Assembly (NCBI GenBank): GCA_031426555.1
Contig: JANPLN010000025.1
Span: 32,001-96,000, forward strand
Direction of reading: 5' to 3'
DNA from: Bdellovibrionales bacterium
GTDB taxonomy: Bacteria; Bdellovibrionota; Bdellovibrionia; Bdellovibrionales; JAGQZY01
DNA length: 64,000 nt
Positions 8,931-19,726 of this stretch are shown in pieces (the first letter of the stretch is position 1; every line of letters starts with the position of its first letter). The notes below the pieces were generated by a model. The model did no database searches. It saw only the letters and a program-made list of their open reading frames with translations, and was not told the DNA's origin. Both the position numbers and the translations under genes were made by a program.

Positions 8931-10622
8931 TTAGATTCTGATTTTCCATTTGAATTTGACAACAAATAGCTCAATCAACGTGCGAGTCATAAAAATAGCT
9001 GTAAACATTGATACCGCAAGTCCGATGGTTAGCGAGATCGCAAAACCGCGAATGGGGCCAGAACCGTAGTACATAAGCACCAAACACGAAGCCACCGTGG
9101 TGACGTTGGAGTCGAAAATCGTCCAGAAAGCCCGGCCAAAACCATCGCGAACCGAAGCCACAAGACCGGCCCCTCGAGCGATTTCGTCGCGCACCTTTTC
9201 GAAAATAATAATATTGGCATCCATGGCCATCCCCACCGTGAGCGCAATTCCCGCAATCCCCGGAAGCGTAATGGTGGCTTTTAACGACGAAAGCACGGCA
9301 AACAATAAGATCATGTTCACAATCACTGCAATGTCGGCAATCAAACCAAAGACTTTATAGTAGGCAAGAATAAACAAAATCACTAGAAGCGATCCGATGA
9401 GCGTCGCCTTTTTTCCTTTAGCAATGGAATCGGCACCGAGCGAAGGCCCCACCGCACGCTCTTCAATGAGTTCCATTGTAACTGGCAAAGCTCCCGAACG
9501 AAGAACCATACTTAGAAGGTTGGCCTCTTGGAGGATTTCCTGAAAGTTTCCTTGACCCAGTTGGATGACACCGTTACCACCAGTGATGGGCGCACGAATT
9601 TGCGGCGCCGACTGAACAATTCCATCGAGAACGATGGCCATTAATTCTTTGGTATGGGCTGTTGTTAATTCGCCAAACTCTTTGGCTCCCTTGTCGTTAA
9701 AATTAAACGCCACTTGGGGAGAGTTGTCATTGGGATCGTTGGTTGTGTAAGCGCCATCCAGGGTGTCTCCGCCCATCATTGCATCCAAACGAAGAAGCAT
9801 GGGGATTTTTCCCATTTCCAAGGTTTTTGCTGTTGGCACTTTCATAAAACGAACCAACGTATTTTTAGGAAGCTTGTCTTTAAGAGTTGTATTCAGTTTT
9901 TCGAGGTACGCTGAATACCGTAAACCCTCTTTGCCTAAAGAAAAGTTTGCGGTCTTTTCAGCTTCATCGATCCACTTTTGCAACTGCTCCGCACTGGTTT
10001 CTTTTTCGACGATCATAAACTCAAGCTTCGCCGTGCGGTTGATCAAGGCCTTTGCGCTTTCGGTATCTGTGACACCAGGTAACTGCACCAAAATGCGATC
10101 ATCACCTTGAACGGTAATCACGGGCTCGGCCACACCGAATTCGTCGATTCGATTGGCGATGACCTCGCGAGCTTTTTCCACCAAGTTTTTCTTAAACTGC
10201 GACAGATAAGCCTCGTAGTACTGAACTTCCACAAAACCCATTCCCGAAGTGAGAACTTGCATGGCGCCGCGGTTGGTCTGATCGATGTAGTCTTCCACGG
10301 GACCTGCAGGGCCTTGAAAAAGAATTTTCAAATGCACAAGATTTGGATCGAGCACTTCGACAGTGGCATCGATTTTTTTATCGGTTTTTAAACCATTCTT
10401 TAAGCTTGCCGATTGTTTGGCGCTTTGCTCTTTCATCGCGGCGGGAACGTCGATCCCTAAACCCAAATGCAGACCGCCCTGAATATCCAATCCGTAATTC
10501 AGTTTTTCTTTGGTCGGCCACCATATTTTGGAAACATCCATAAAATTGGGCGCGATCCAAACTATTCCGATCAGTGTCACCACGAAGCAAGTGATCAATC
10601 GGCCTCTTAAACTTTCAATCAT
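8931..10622 (-). CDS. secD: Protein translocase subunit SecD
   Basis: GLDIQGG, RIDEFGVAEP, LRSGALP, VGPSLG, TLPGIAG, GMAMDANI. Confidence 0.96.
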   Translation of the reverse strand: MIESLRGRLITCFVVTLIGIVWIAPNFMDVSKIWWPTKEKLNYGLDIQGGLHLGLGIDVPAAMKEQSAKQSASLKNGLKTDKKIDATVEVLDPNLVHLKILFQGPAGPVEDYIDQTNRGAMQVLTSGMGFVEVQYYEAYLSQFKKNLVEKAREVIANRIDEFGVAEPVITVQGDDRILVQLPGVTDTESAKALINRTAKLEFMIVEKETSAEQLQKWIDEAEKTANFSLGKEGLRYSAYLEKLNTTLKDKLPKNTLVRFMKVPTAKTLEMGKIPMLLRLDAMMGGDTLDGAYTTNDPNDNSPQVAFNFNDKGAKEFGELTTAHTKELMAIVLDGIVQSAPQIRAPITGGNGVIQLGQGNFQEILQEANLLSMVLRSGALPVTMELIEERAVGPSLGADSIAKGKKATLIGSLLVILFILAYYKVFGLIADIAVIVNMILLFAVLSSLKATITLPGIAGIALTVGMAMDANIIIFEKVRDEIARGAGLVASVRDGFGRAFWTIFDSNVTTVASCLVLMYYGSGPIRGFAISLTIGLAVSMFTAIFMTRTLIELFVVKFKWKIRI

Positions 10623-10623
10623 T

Positions 10624-10962
10624 TTATACCTCTTTGCTCGACATCGCCACAGTGCTACGGAGCACACGGATTCTTACTCCTTGTGCCACTTCAAGCGTTA
10701 CAAACTTTTCTGTCAGACCTTCTATAGTTCCGAAAATTCCACTGGATGTCAAAACCTCATCACCACGTTTTAGTTGCGCCGTAAACTCTTGCTGAGCTTT
10801 TTGCTGTTTTGCCTTGGGACGAATGATAAAGAAAAAGAAAACGAACATGATCGCAATCATCGGAACCATTTGCATCAGAAAGCTTGGTTTTTCGCCGCCT
10901 GAATTTTGAGCAAAAGCAGAAATCGAAAGAAACGTGGTGAGAAAAAACGCGAGACCCTTCAT
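10624..10962 (-). CDS. yajC: Preprotein translocase subunit YajC
   Basis: FFFIIRP...LKRGDEVLTSSGIFGTI; lies between tgt and secD. Confidence 0.93.
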   Translation of the reverse strand: MKGLAFFLTTFLSISAFAQNSGGEKPSFLMQMVPMIAIMFVFFFFIIRPKAKQQKAQQEFTAQLKRGDEVLTSSGIFGTIEGLTEKFVTLEVAQGVRIRVLRSTVAMSSKEV

Positions 10963-11019
10963 GAAACCTCCAGGGATAGACTCTAAAGCCCCAGAGAGAA
11001 CCATTCTTTAAGGTGCGAA

Positions 11020-13139
<2,120 letters not shown>

Positions 13140-13148
13140 GGTTTTAAG

Positions 13149-13177
13149 GTGATAGCTTTAAAGCGATTTTGTGTCTA
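13149..13177 (-). promoter_or_regulatory. Putative sigma70 promoter for the queA operon
   Basis: Minus strand TAGACA-N17-TATCAC, 9 nt before the queA GTG. Confidence 0.4.
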
Positions 13178-13195
13178 GTTGACTTGTAAGAAGGT

Positions 13196-13233
13196 AAAAA
13201 AAATGGGGACTGGCTCTTCACCTGATCCCCCCC
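13196..13233 (-). terminator. Intrinsic terminator of the candidate sRNA
   Basis: Minus strand GGGGGGGAUC...AGUCCCC followed by A-U8. Confidence 0.6.
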
Positions 13234-13362
13234 AACAAATCGCCGAGCTGTCTAGCCAAGGCTTTTCGCCTTCGCGCCTTAGGCTCGGCCGCGTCCGTGC
13301 AACCCCTGAGATTTCATCCTGAAATTCCCTGCTCTCCATTCCTAGAAAGCGTCTCTACAGAC
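13196..13362 (-). ncRNA. Candidate CsrA/RsmA-sequestering small RNA (CsrB/RsmY/RsmZ-like)
   Basis: Minus-strand hairpins gcuuucu-AGGAAU-ggagagc, auuuc-AGGAU-gaaau and gc-ACGGAC-gc, a single-stranded AGGGA, a long gccgagc/gcucggc stem, then a G/C hairpin followed by U8. Confidence 0.6.
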
Positions 13363-13418
13363 ATTGAATGTACTCGAGCTGGTTAGTTTTTGGGCACAAA
13401 TTGATTTTATAGCTGGTA

Positions 13419-13447
13419 TTGACAATTGTTTGGGAATTCAGTTTACT
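13419..13447 (+). promoter_or_regulatory. Putative sigma70 promoter of tRNA-Leu
   Basis: TTGACA-N17-TTTACT, about 40 nt upstream of the tRNA. Confidence 0.5.
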
Positions 13448-13486
13448 GCGCATCCCTCTAAGTAGTTAGATTGTTAGAGCATTCAT

Positions 13487-13571
13487 GCGCGGATGGTGGA
13501 ATTGGTAGACACGTACGTTTGAGGGGCGTAAGCCGAAAGGTGTGGGGGTTCGAGTCCCCCTCCGCGCACCA
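13487..13571 (+). tRNA. tRNA-Leu(GAG)
   Basis: Acceptor stem GCGCGGA/TCCGCGC, D-loop GGAATTGGTAGAC, anticodon loop TT-GAG-GG, long variable arm, GGTTCGAGTCC T-arm, encoded CCA. Confidence 0.97.
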
Positions 13572-13631
13572 AAACAATTCTGTACAGATTTCACCTTGGC
13601 TCTCCCGACTGATTTTGGTAGCCTCAAATGC

Positions 13632-14009
13632 ATGTCCCACGAATTCGACCTTTCCCCCCTGCAAAAAGCTTTGGCAAGTCTCGAAGAGATCTTGCAGCAG
13701 CCCAAAAATAAATTCATTGTTGCCGGAACAGTGCAAAACTTCGAGTTCACTTTTGAACTAAGTTGGAAGGCAATGCAGAGATTTTTAAAACTTCGCGGGG
13801 TCGAAACTGGAAGCCCAGCGCAAGTGCTTCGCTCTGCTTTTCAAGAAAAATTAATTTCTGATCTTGATCTTTGGATGGATTTTCTAAAAAAAAGAAATCT
13901 CACTGTTCACACTTACAATCAAAATGTGGCCGAAGAGGTCTTTCAAGCGGCCCTCATTTTTCCTCTGTCCGTTAAAACCTTAATCACAAAGCTATCCGTT
14001 AGACCATGA
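13632..14009 (+). CDS. HEPN RNase toxin / HI0074-family nucleotidyltransferase substrate-binding protein (HepT-like)
   Basis: QNFEFTFELSWK and the RX4HXY motif RNLTVHTY; start placed at MSHEF. Confidence 0.85.
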   Translation: MSHEFDLSPLQKALASLEEILQQPKNKFIVAGTVQNFEFTFELSWKAMQRFLKLRGVETGSPAQVLRSAFQEKLISDLDLWMDFLKKRNLTVHTYNQNVAEEVFQAALIFPLSVKTLITKLSVRP

Positions 14010-14302
14010 AATTAACATCGCAAGAAAAAGAATTTCTGATCTCCAATCTCAGACTTCATTTCTCTAAAAACATGTACGTGCTTCTGCTCTTTGGGTCGTA
14101 TGCCACCGAAACGGCAAAACCCACTTCGGATATCGACATTGCCATTAAAGGAACGGGGCCACTCGATGCAGCAAAATGGCAAAGGGCCTTGAGTTTTTTC
14201 GAAGACTCCACGTTTGCAAAAAAAGTGGATCTGATCGATTTTCATCGCGTCTCCGCTGAATTTCAAAAAATTATTCTGCAAAATGCGAAAGCTTTGGATT
14301 AG
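14006..14302 (+). CDS. Minimal nucleotidyltransferase antitoxin (MntA-like)
   Basis: GSX10DXD motif (FGSYATETAKPTSDIDI) and KVDL; ATGA overlap with the HEPN gene. Confidence 0.88.
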   Translation: MKLTSQEKEFLISNLRLHFSKNMYVLLLFGSYATETAKPTSDIDIAIKGTGPLDAAKWQRALSFFEDSTFAKKVDLIDFHRVSAEFQKIILQNAKALD

Positions 14303-14344
14303 AACGATCTGACCCTTCGCTCAACACACACCGTAAAAAATGTC

Positions 14345-15006
14345 TTATCTCGTTGAAAAAAAGCCTTTGAGCACCTGACTGAGCTGCTCTGGCTGCTCGT
14401 CTGCCTATCAATGCCCGGTGCCTTTTATAATCTCAGAGCGAATGTTATCGCATAACGGTTCCCACAACATTTTCATGTAAGCCCAGGAACTGGATTCGCC
14501 TCCGGCCACCATCACGGGCATGGGCAGTTTTTTTCGCGCGTGAGTCTTATTGATTTCGGAGTCTTTCCACACCGAGGCATAATATTCGATACCTGCGCGC
14601 AGGGCCCCAGGTTTTAATAAATGGCGATGGTACTCTTCAAAATCTTTCTGGGACACGCAGCAATATTGTAGACCACTCCGGAAACTAGAGCGTAACCCGC
14701 CAGATACACAGGACCCAATTTGAGTTTTTCGATCATTTCGATCACATCTTCGGCCATGGTTTTTTTATCATAGCCCGAACTGGTGATTGTCGGACCACCC
14801 AATCAGCGAAGATCTGGAGCCAACACGTGGTAGTGATCTTTCAATTCGGCCATCACAGTTTTCCAGCTAAGCGAATACTGCGGCCAGCCGTGCAATAAAA
14901 TAACGGGCTCACCTTCGCCCGCACTTAGATAGTGCATGTTGATTTGACTTAATTGAATTTTTCCGTGGGATATTTCGTTTTTTAAAAACTAGTCTTTATT
15001 CGTCAT
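14345..15006 (-). pseudogene. Degraded alpha/beta-fold (epoxide hydrolase-like) hydrolase
   Basis: ATG at 15006, TAG at codon 6, then LLHGWPQ...PDLR*LG (TGA at 14805-14803), GYDKKTMAED, a degenerate nucleophile elbow, a frameshift with apparent internal deletion near 14655, and GTGH**ADEQPE. Confidence 0.85.
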
Positions 15007-15485
15007 TTGGTTTTACCCCCTGTATTTTTTTGAAACCAACTTGGATCCACGTCACCCAAATACTCTCGAAAACTAACAATTTTTCCATTTTGATCATAAC
15101 TCAACTGAATCATGTTCCAGCCCTTGTAGGGATAACCCGACACTGTTCCTTCTGAGTTGAAGCTGAAAACATACTGATTTTTATTTTGAAAGACCACAAT
15201 ACGGGAAAAACTGAGTTTGTTGGGATTTTTTGTTCTTTGCTCGATCAAGGTATTCATTTTCTCTAAGGCCGAAGCCCCGTTAAAAACACCCCTCTCCGGC
15301 TGAACAGGATGGGAGAACTCCAAAAAATTTTCCGAAAGAAGAGATTTAAATAGAGAGTAGTCCCCCGTACTTTCTCCTTTTTCCCAAGCCTTGAAGCCCG
15401 CCTGGGGATCCCATTTTTGCGGACTTGCCAAAACATCCATATTCAAAAGTAGTAAAGCCACAAAAAGTATTATGTTACGAATCAT
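15003..15485 (-). CDS. Secreted SnoaL/NTF2-like protein
   Basis: Signal peptide; helix followed by beta strands ending GKIVSFREY. Confidence 0.7.
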   Translation of the reverse strand: MIRNIILFVALLLLNMDVLASPQKWDPQAGFKAWEKGESTGDYSLFKSLLSENFLEFSHPVQPERGVFNGASALEKMNTLIEQRTKNPNKLSFSRIVVFQNKNQYVFSFNSEGTVSGYPYKGWNMIQLSYDQNGKIVSFREYLGDVDPSWFQKNTGGKTK

Positions 15486-15733
15486 TTGCTGGATCCTCCA
15501 TTTATTTTATTGATTGTATAAACCTGTAAACGAGAAGCCACCGGGCTCACTAATATGACCGTCGGCAGCACAATAACGTATGTTTCTAAAAAGCTTGAGA
15601 TCCAAACTTTTACGAAATCGGCATTTAAGTTTTGAGTCTTTAAGGTCATAATTCCCGAAATAGAAGGTCCCATCAACAAAGTCATATAAAATGCGAAATT
15701 CAACTGCGGATTTTTTAGGAGCCATGATTTCAT
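15482..15733 (-). CDS. Small membrane protein, DUF2798-like
   Basis: Two TM helices; MTLLM..ISGIMT...FVKVWISSF...VLPTVILVSP. Confidence 0.6.
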   Translation of the reverse strand: MKSWLLKNPQLNFAFYMTLLMGPSISGIMTLKTQNLNADFVKVWISSFLETYVIVLPTVILVSPVASRLQVYTINKINGGSSK

Positions 15734-15739
15734 AAAAAA

Positions 15740-16339
15740 TTAAAGCTTGTTTCCCCAGTGACTATTCATTTGATACAGCTCGCCGACCTGCGGACCTTCA
15801 GGAGTTTCCCAATCGCCCATGATCTGCGAAGCTACCGACGCCCAATTTGTCACAACAGCTCCCGCTTGAGTCAACCGCATCATAGCGGCGGTTTCATTCA
15901 GACGAGTATCGGAGCCCGAAACATCCACGATCACGTAGGGCTGGTAACCGTTGTGCAGAAGATCTAGGGCCAAGATGGTAGTACAGATGTCTAAGGAGAT
16001 CCCTCCCATAATAATTTTTTGACGATTAATAGATTTTAATTGCTCGCGAAAAACCGGCTCGTCCCAAGCACTGGGTGTGTGACGAGGAATGGCTATGGCG
16101 TGCTCTGCATGGGCCATCACCTCTGGAAAAAACTTCCCGCGAAAGCCACCCTCCTCGCCAAGTAGTATTGTCGGTAATTTAAAAATCTGCGTCAGCTTGG
16201 CGAAGGCCTCGGCATTTTTCCTGAGAAGAGGGTGATCGATGGTTTTTAATCCTGGTAAAAATCCATCTAAAAAATCAACTAAAATGGCTGCTGTATTTTG
16301 CGGTGTGAGCTTTTCGGTGTGCCAATTGTTTTTTTGCAT
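15740..16339 (-). CDS. Isochorismatase-family (YcaC-like) cysteine hydrolase
   Basis: AAILVD, SAWD, GISLDIC, VIVDVSG, RLTQAGA. Confidence 0.85.
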   Translation of the reverse strand: MQKNNWHTEKLTPQNTAAILVDFLDGFLPGLKTIDHPLLRKNAEAFAKLTQIFKLPTILLGEEGGFRGKFFPEVMAHAEHAIAIPRHTPSAWDEPVFREQLKSINRQKIIMGGISLDICTTILALDLLHNGYQPYVIVDVSGSDTRLNETAAMMRLTQAGAVVTNWASVASQIMGDWETPEGPQVGELYQMNSHWGNKL

Positions 16340-16355
16340 GGATGCTCCTTGATTG

Positions 16356-17078
16356 TTATACTTGCGGCACTTCGGAACCGCTGTTTAAGCGGATTGTTTG
16401 GCCGCGCGCGCTTCGACCCTCCGCTGACGCTAAATAGACCAAGTAGTTGCCAACATCGGTGGCCGAAACTTTTGTGTAGGAATTTTTTGCACGGGCCCGC
16501 GTTTCGATCATGGACGTCACCAATATTGAATTAATGCGAATTTTATTTTGCTGATTTTCTGCGACCAAAACATTTTTCAACATCTCTTGAGCCGCAGCCA
16601 CGATAGACACCGGACCCGATTGAGGCACCGGCATTAAGGCCGCCCCGCCATTAACAAACAAATAAAAGCTATCCGGTTTATCTTTGAGAAGGGGAATGGC
16701 AAAACGCGCCAGGGAAAAATGCGACGTCAATCCACCTTCGATGATTCTCTGCCATAATTCTAAACTGTAATCTTCAATATAGCCTGCGGAATACCAACTT
16801 CCCAGGGAAGCCACAACTCCATCGAGACCATCGAAATGCGTGTTGATCTCCTCGTTCACTTTTCGAACTCCCGGCTCACGATTAATGTCGGCCTCTATCG
16901 TAAGAAGTCGGCCCGAAGTGATCCCCGCCGTTGCTTTTTGAAGTTGTTGAAGTTTTTCAGCAGAACGAGAAGGAACCACGACGTGACTTCCTGCGTTTAA
17001 AAAGCACTTCGTGATCTCTTCACCCACATCTCCAGCACCACCGGCAATTAAAACCGTTTTATGTTCTAAACTTTTCAT
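16356..17078 (-). CDS. SDR family oxidoreductase
   Basis: VLIAGGAGDVG Rossmann motif, IEADI, IRINSI. Confidence 0.85.
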   Translation of the reverse strand: MKSLEHKTVLIAGGAGDVGEEITKCFLNAGSHVVVPSRSAEKLQQLQKATAGITSGRLLTIEADINREPGVRKVNEEINTHFDGLDGVVASLGSWYSAGYIEDYSLELWQRIIEGGLTSHFSLARFAIPLLKDKPDSFYLFVNGGAALMPVPQSGPVSIVAAAQEMLKNVLVAENQQNKIRINSILVTSMIETRARAKNSYTKVSATDVGNYLVYLASAEGRSARGQTIRLNSGSEVPQV

Positions 17079-17152
17079 GCTTTTTTCCTTTGCTAAGACC
17101 ACAGAATATATTTCTATTAAATGTTGTGTAGACCTATTTTTGGATATAATAA

Positions 17153-17166
17153 TTCCAAATATGGAA
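17153..17166. promoter_or_regulatory. Putative LysR recognition site
   Basis: Dyad TTCCA-AATA-TGGAA between the divergent SDR operon and the LysR gene. Confidence 0.4.
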
Positions 17167-17171
17167 ATATC

Positions 17172-18122
17172 ATGGAAGCATCATTAGACCCAAAAGATAT
17201 CGAAGTGTTCGTTGAAATTGCAAAACAGATGTCAGTTTCGAAGGCCGCCACTGTGCTTGGGTTGCCCAATTCCCATGTGTCACGGCGCTTAAAAAGTTTG
17301 GAGAGCAGTCTGGGAATTCGCCTGGTCCATCGAACCACCCGACGCTTTGAATTAACAGAACTTGGCAAAAATTACGCCGATCAGTGCGCCCTGGCTTTTG
17401 GGCAACTGTCTGCCGCCAAAGACTATGTGGAAAGCTTTAAAGGCGAACCCCAGGGTCTGCTTCGGGTGATGGTTCCTTTTGAACTTGGATTTTTTCTTTG
17501 TCAAAAATTTTTTATGTCGTATACGTCGCGTTTTCCTAAAATCAAACTCGATGTGGTTTGCAAAAACAAACCAACGCTGCAGGATTTTTCTTCCCACGAT
17601 GTGGTCATCGAGGTGGGACACGTCATGGCCCCGCAAAGTTATTTTCAAAAACGAGTGCTGCATACTTTTCGAAGATTGTATGCCACTCCGTTTTATTTAG
17701 AAAAACATCCGATTCGCTCGATCGACGACATACAAAACAATCAGATCATCGAACTCATCAGCGAGCGCGAAACAGGTCCTGCAACTGACGCGCTTTTTAT
17801 AAATAAAAAAACCGATGAAAAGCGAATGTTTCAGTTGCAAAGCCAATTGCGTATCAACAGCCTCACTGGAGCTAAGAAGTTAGCCCTGCAAAATTATGGA
17901 TTATGTTTTGTGGCAGCATTTATGTGTCAGAATGAATGTGAAAGCGGCCAGCTTGTGCACGTGCTAGAGGATTGGCAATCCCCTCCCATCGATATCTTTG
18001 CGTCTGTCGACACCAATAAGAGAAGCAGCCCCAAGGTGATCACCTTTTTGCGAGCCATCGAAGAAGTTCAGTTTGGCGAACCCCTCGGCTTTGTTCAAGG
18101 GGCGCAGATATCCACGGTGTAA
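17172..18122 (+). CDS. LysR family transcriptional regulator
   Basis: HTH SVSKAA..LGLPNSHVSRRLKSLESSLGIRLVHRTTR; CrgA-like substrate-binding domain. Confidence 0.92.
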   Translation: MEASLDPKDIEVFVEIAKQMSVSKAATVLGLPNSHVSRRLKSLESSLGIRLVHRTTRRFELTELGKNYADQCALAFGQLSAAKDYVESFKGEPQGLLRVMVPFELGFFLCQKFFMSYTSRFPKIKLDVVCKNKPTLQDFSSHDVVIEVGHVMAPQSYFQKRVLHTFRRLYATPFYLEKHPIRSIDDIQNNQIIELISERETGPATDALFINKKTDEKRMFQLQSQLRINSLTGAKKLALQNYGLCFVAAFMCQNECESGQLVHVLEDWQSPPIDIFASVDTNKRSSPKVITFLRAIEEVQFGEPLGFVQGAQISTV

Positions 18123-19726
18123 CGAGAAAGAAGGTCAATCAGCACGGAGCGCTTCACTGGTTTCGTGAGAAACTCCGTGAATCCAGACTCCAAACACTTC
18201 TGGTGTTCATCCTTAAAAGCATGTGCCGTTAAAGCAACGATGGGTTTCATGTATTTTGCCGTGCGAAGAATTCTTGTCGCTTCATGCCCATCCAGAACAG
18301 GCATTTGAATATCCATAAGAATCACGTCAAACTCGTCGGTCAGCGCACTCTTCACCCCCTGGGCACCGTCAGAAACGATCGTCACTTCTGCGCCCTCTTT
18401 TTCAAGATACGTACGAATCAGAATCTGATTGTCTGGAGAATCCTCCACAACAAGGACCTTCAGACCAACAAGCGCCGCCGCATCTTCACTATAACCTACA
18501 GCGGCGTTGATCATGTGCTTTATGGTATCTCTACCCACCAACTTCGCGTTTGGTAGGAGTGGACAATGGATCTCAATCACAAACGTACTTCCAGCACCGT
18601 CCTTGCTCTTTACGAGTTCTAACTTACCACCCAGCGCTTCCGCGATACGTCGGGACAAAACTAAACCTAAGCCCGTTCCGCCAAACTTTCTGGTTGTAGA
18701 GACATCGGCTTGGCCAAATGGCTTAAAAAGTTTGCACTCTTGTTCCACCGTAATTCCGATGCCTGTATCAACGACGGTAAATCTTAATACCGGATTTTCG
18801 AAGGCTACGATGAGCTCAACTCCACCCTTGGCCGTAAACTTAAGCGCATTGCCGATGACATTATTGAGAACTTGGCGCAAACGCCCGTTATCGATGCTGA
18901 CGAGATCAGGAAGGTGGGTTGCGGTGGTCAATCGAAACGCAATTCCTTTTTCCTCCGCCTTAAAAGTCGTTATTGAAGTGAGCTCCGTTAACATGTCTCC
19001 CAGCGAAAACTCGATGGGATCTATGGCCATCCAACCCGCCTCCGCTTTGGTCAGATCGAGAATGTCATCGATCAGTCGCAGTAGCTGTTGAGAATTTCTA
19101 TCAACAATCACGATGTAATTTTGATTTTCCTCTGCCGTGTTTGCAGGATTCTTCATCAGATCGGAAAACCCAAGGATGGCCCCAATGGGGGTTCTGATTT
19201 CGTGCGACATGTTGGCAAGAAATTGGCTCTTCGAAATATTTGCTCGTTCTGCTTCATTTTTAGAATGGGTCAAACTCTCAATCAGGCCCGCAATTGTATC
19301 CAGCTGATCTTTGAGATCTTTTTTTTGTTTAAAAAGCTCGATAAATACGTTCGCCTTACTTTGAACGGCCTGGGCATCCAGTGGCTTTAATAAAAAATCC
19401 ACCGCTCCACTTTCGTAGCCTTTAAACGAAAAGTTCTGCTGTTTTGCCGTTGCCGTCACAAAAATAATAGGAACATTTTTGGTTTTTTTCGAACCCCGCA
19501 TAAATTCAGCGAGCTGAAAACCGTTCATCCCGGGCATGCGCACATCAAGCACCGCGAGGCAAAAATCATGTTCTAGCATCATCTCGAGAGCCAGTGTCCC
19601 CGACAGAGCTTGGTAAACTTTCACGTCGTCTCTTTCGAGGATGGCATTGAGAGCGAACAAATTCGCTTTCACATCATCGACAATGAGAATTTCATATTTC
19701 GGTGTAATGATCGGAGGCCCCATCAT
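18095..19726 (-). CDS. Hybrid histidine kinase REC-HisKA-HATPase-REC
   Basis: ILIVDD...DVRMP, FLANMSHEIRTP, GNALKFT, DTGIG, GGTGLGL, C-terminal DIQMP; ATGA overlap with the upstream kinase. Confidence 0.93.
   Translation of the reverse strand: MMGPPIITPKYEILIVDDVKANLFALNAILERDDVKVYQALSGTLALEMMLEHDFCLAVLDVRMPGMNGFQLAEFMRGSKKTKNVPIIFVTATAKQQNFSFKGYESGAVDFLLKPLDAQAVQSKANVFIELFKQKKDLKDQLDTIAGLIESLTHSKNEAERANISKSQFLANMSHEIRTPIGAILGFSDLMKNPANTAEENQNYIVIVDRNSQQLLRLIDDILDLTKAEAGWMAIDPIEFSLGDMLTELTSITTFKAEEKGIAFRLTTATHLPDLVSIDNGRLRQVLNNVIGNALKFTAKGGVELIVAFENPVLRFTVVDTGIGITVEQECKLFKPFGQADVSTTRKFGGTGLGLVLSRRIAEALGGKLELVKSKDGAGSTFVIEIHCPLLPNAKLVGRDTIKHMINAAVGYSEDAAALVGLKVLVVEDSPDNQILIRTYLEKEGAEVTIVSDGAQGVKSALTDEFDVILMDIQMPVLDGHEATRILRTAKYMKPIVALTAHAFKDEHQKCLESGFTEFLTKPVKRSVLIDLLSRYTVDICAP

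Noticed and set aside
13240..13300. c-di-GMP-I (GEMM) riboswitch, suggested by minus-strand GGACGC...CCTAA...GACAGC
   Set aside because: The P1 GCAAA element, GNRA tetraloop and the AAAG junction are missing; the GGA-loop pattern fits better. An Infernal search would settle it.
13140..13362. preQ1 riboswitch or attenuator controlling queA
   Set aside because: No preQ1 aptamer consensus is visible, and a separate promoter-like element lies between the terminator and queA.
13458..13761. ORFs overlapping the tRNA, and the 155-aa extended HEPN start at 13542
   Set aside because: These are translations through the tRNA gene; the HEPN start is better placed at 13632.
14345..15006. Stop-codon recoding (selenocysteine or alternative genetic code) in the hydrolase
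   Set aside because: Both TGA and TAG stops occur together with a frameshift and loss of the nucleophile motif, and neighbouring intact genes end normally in TGA and TAG.
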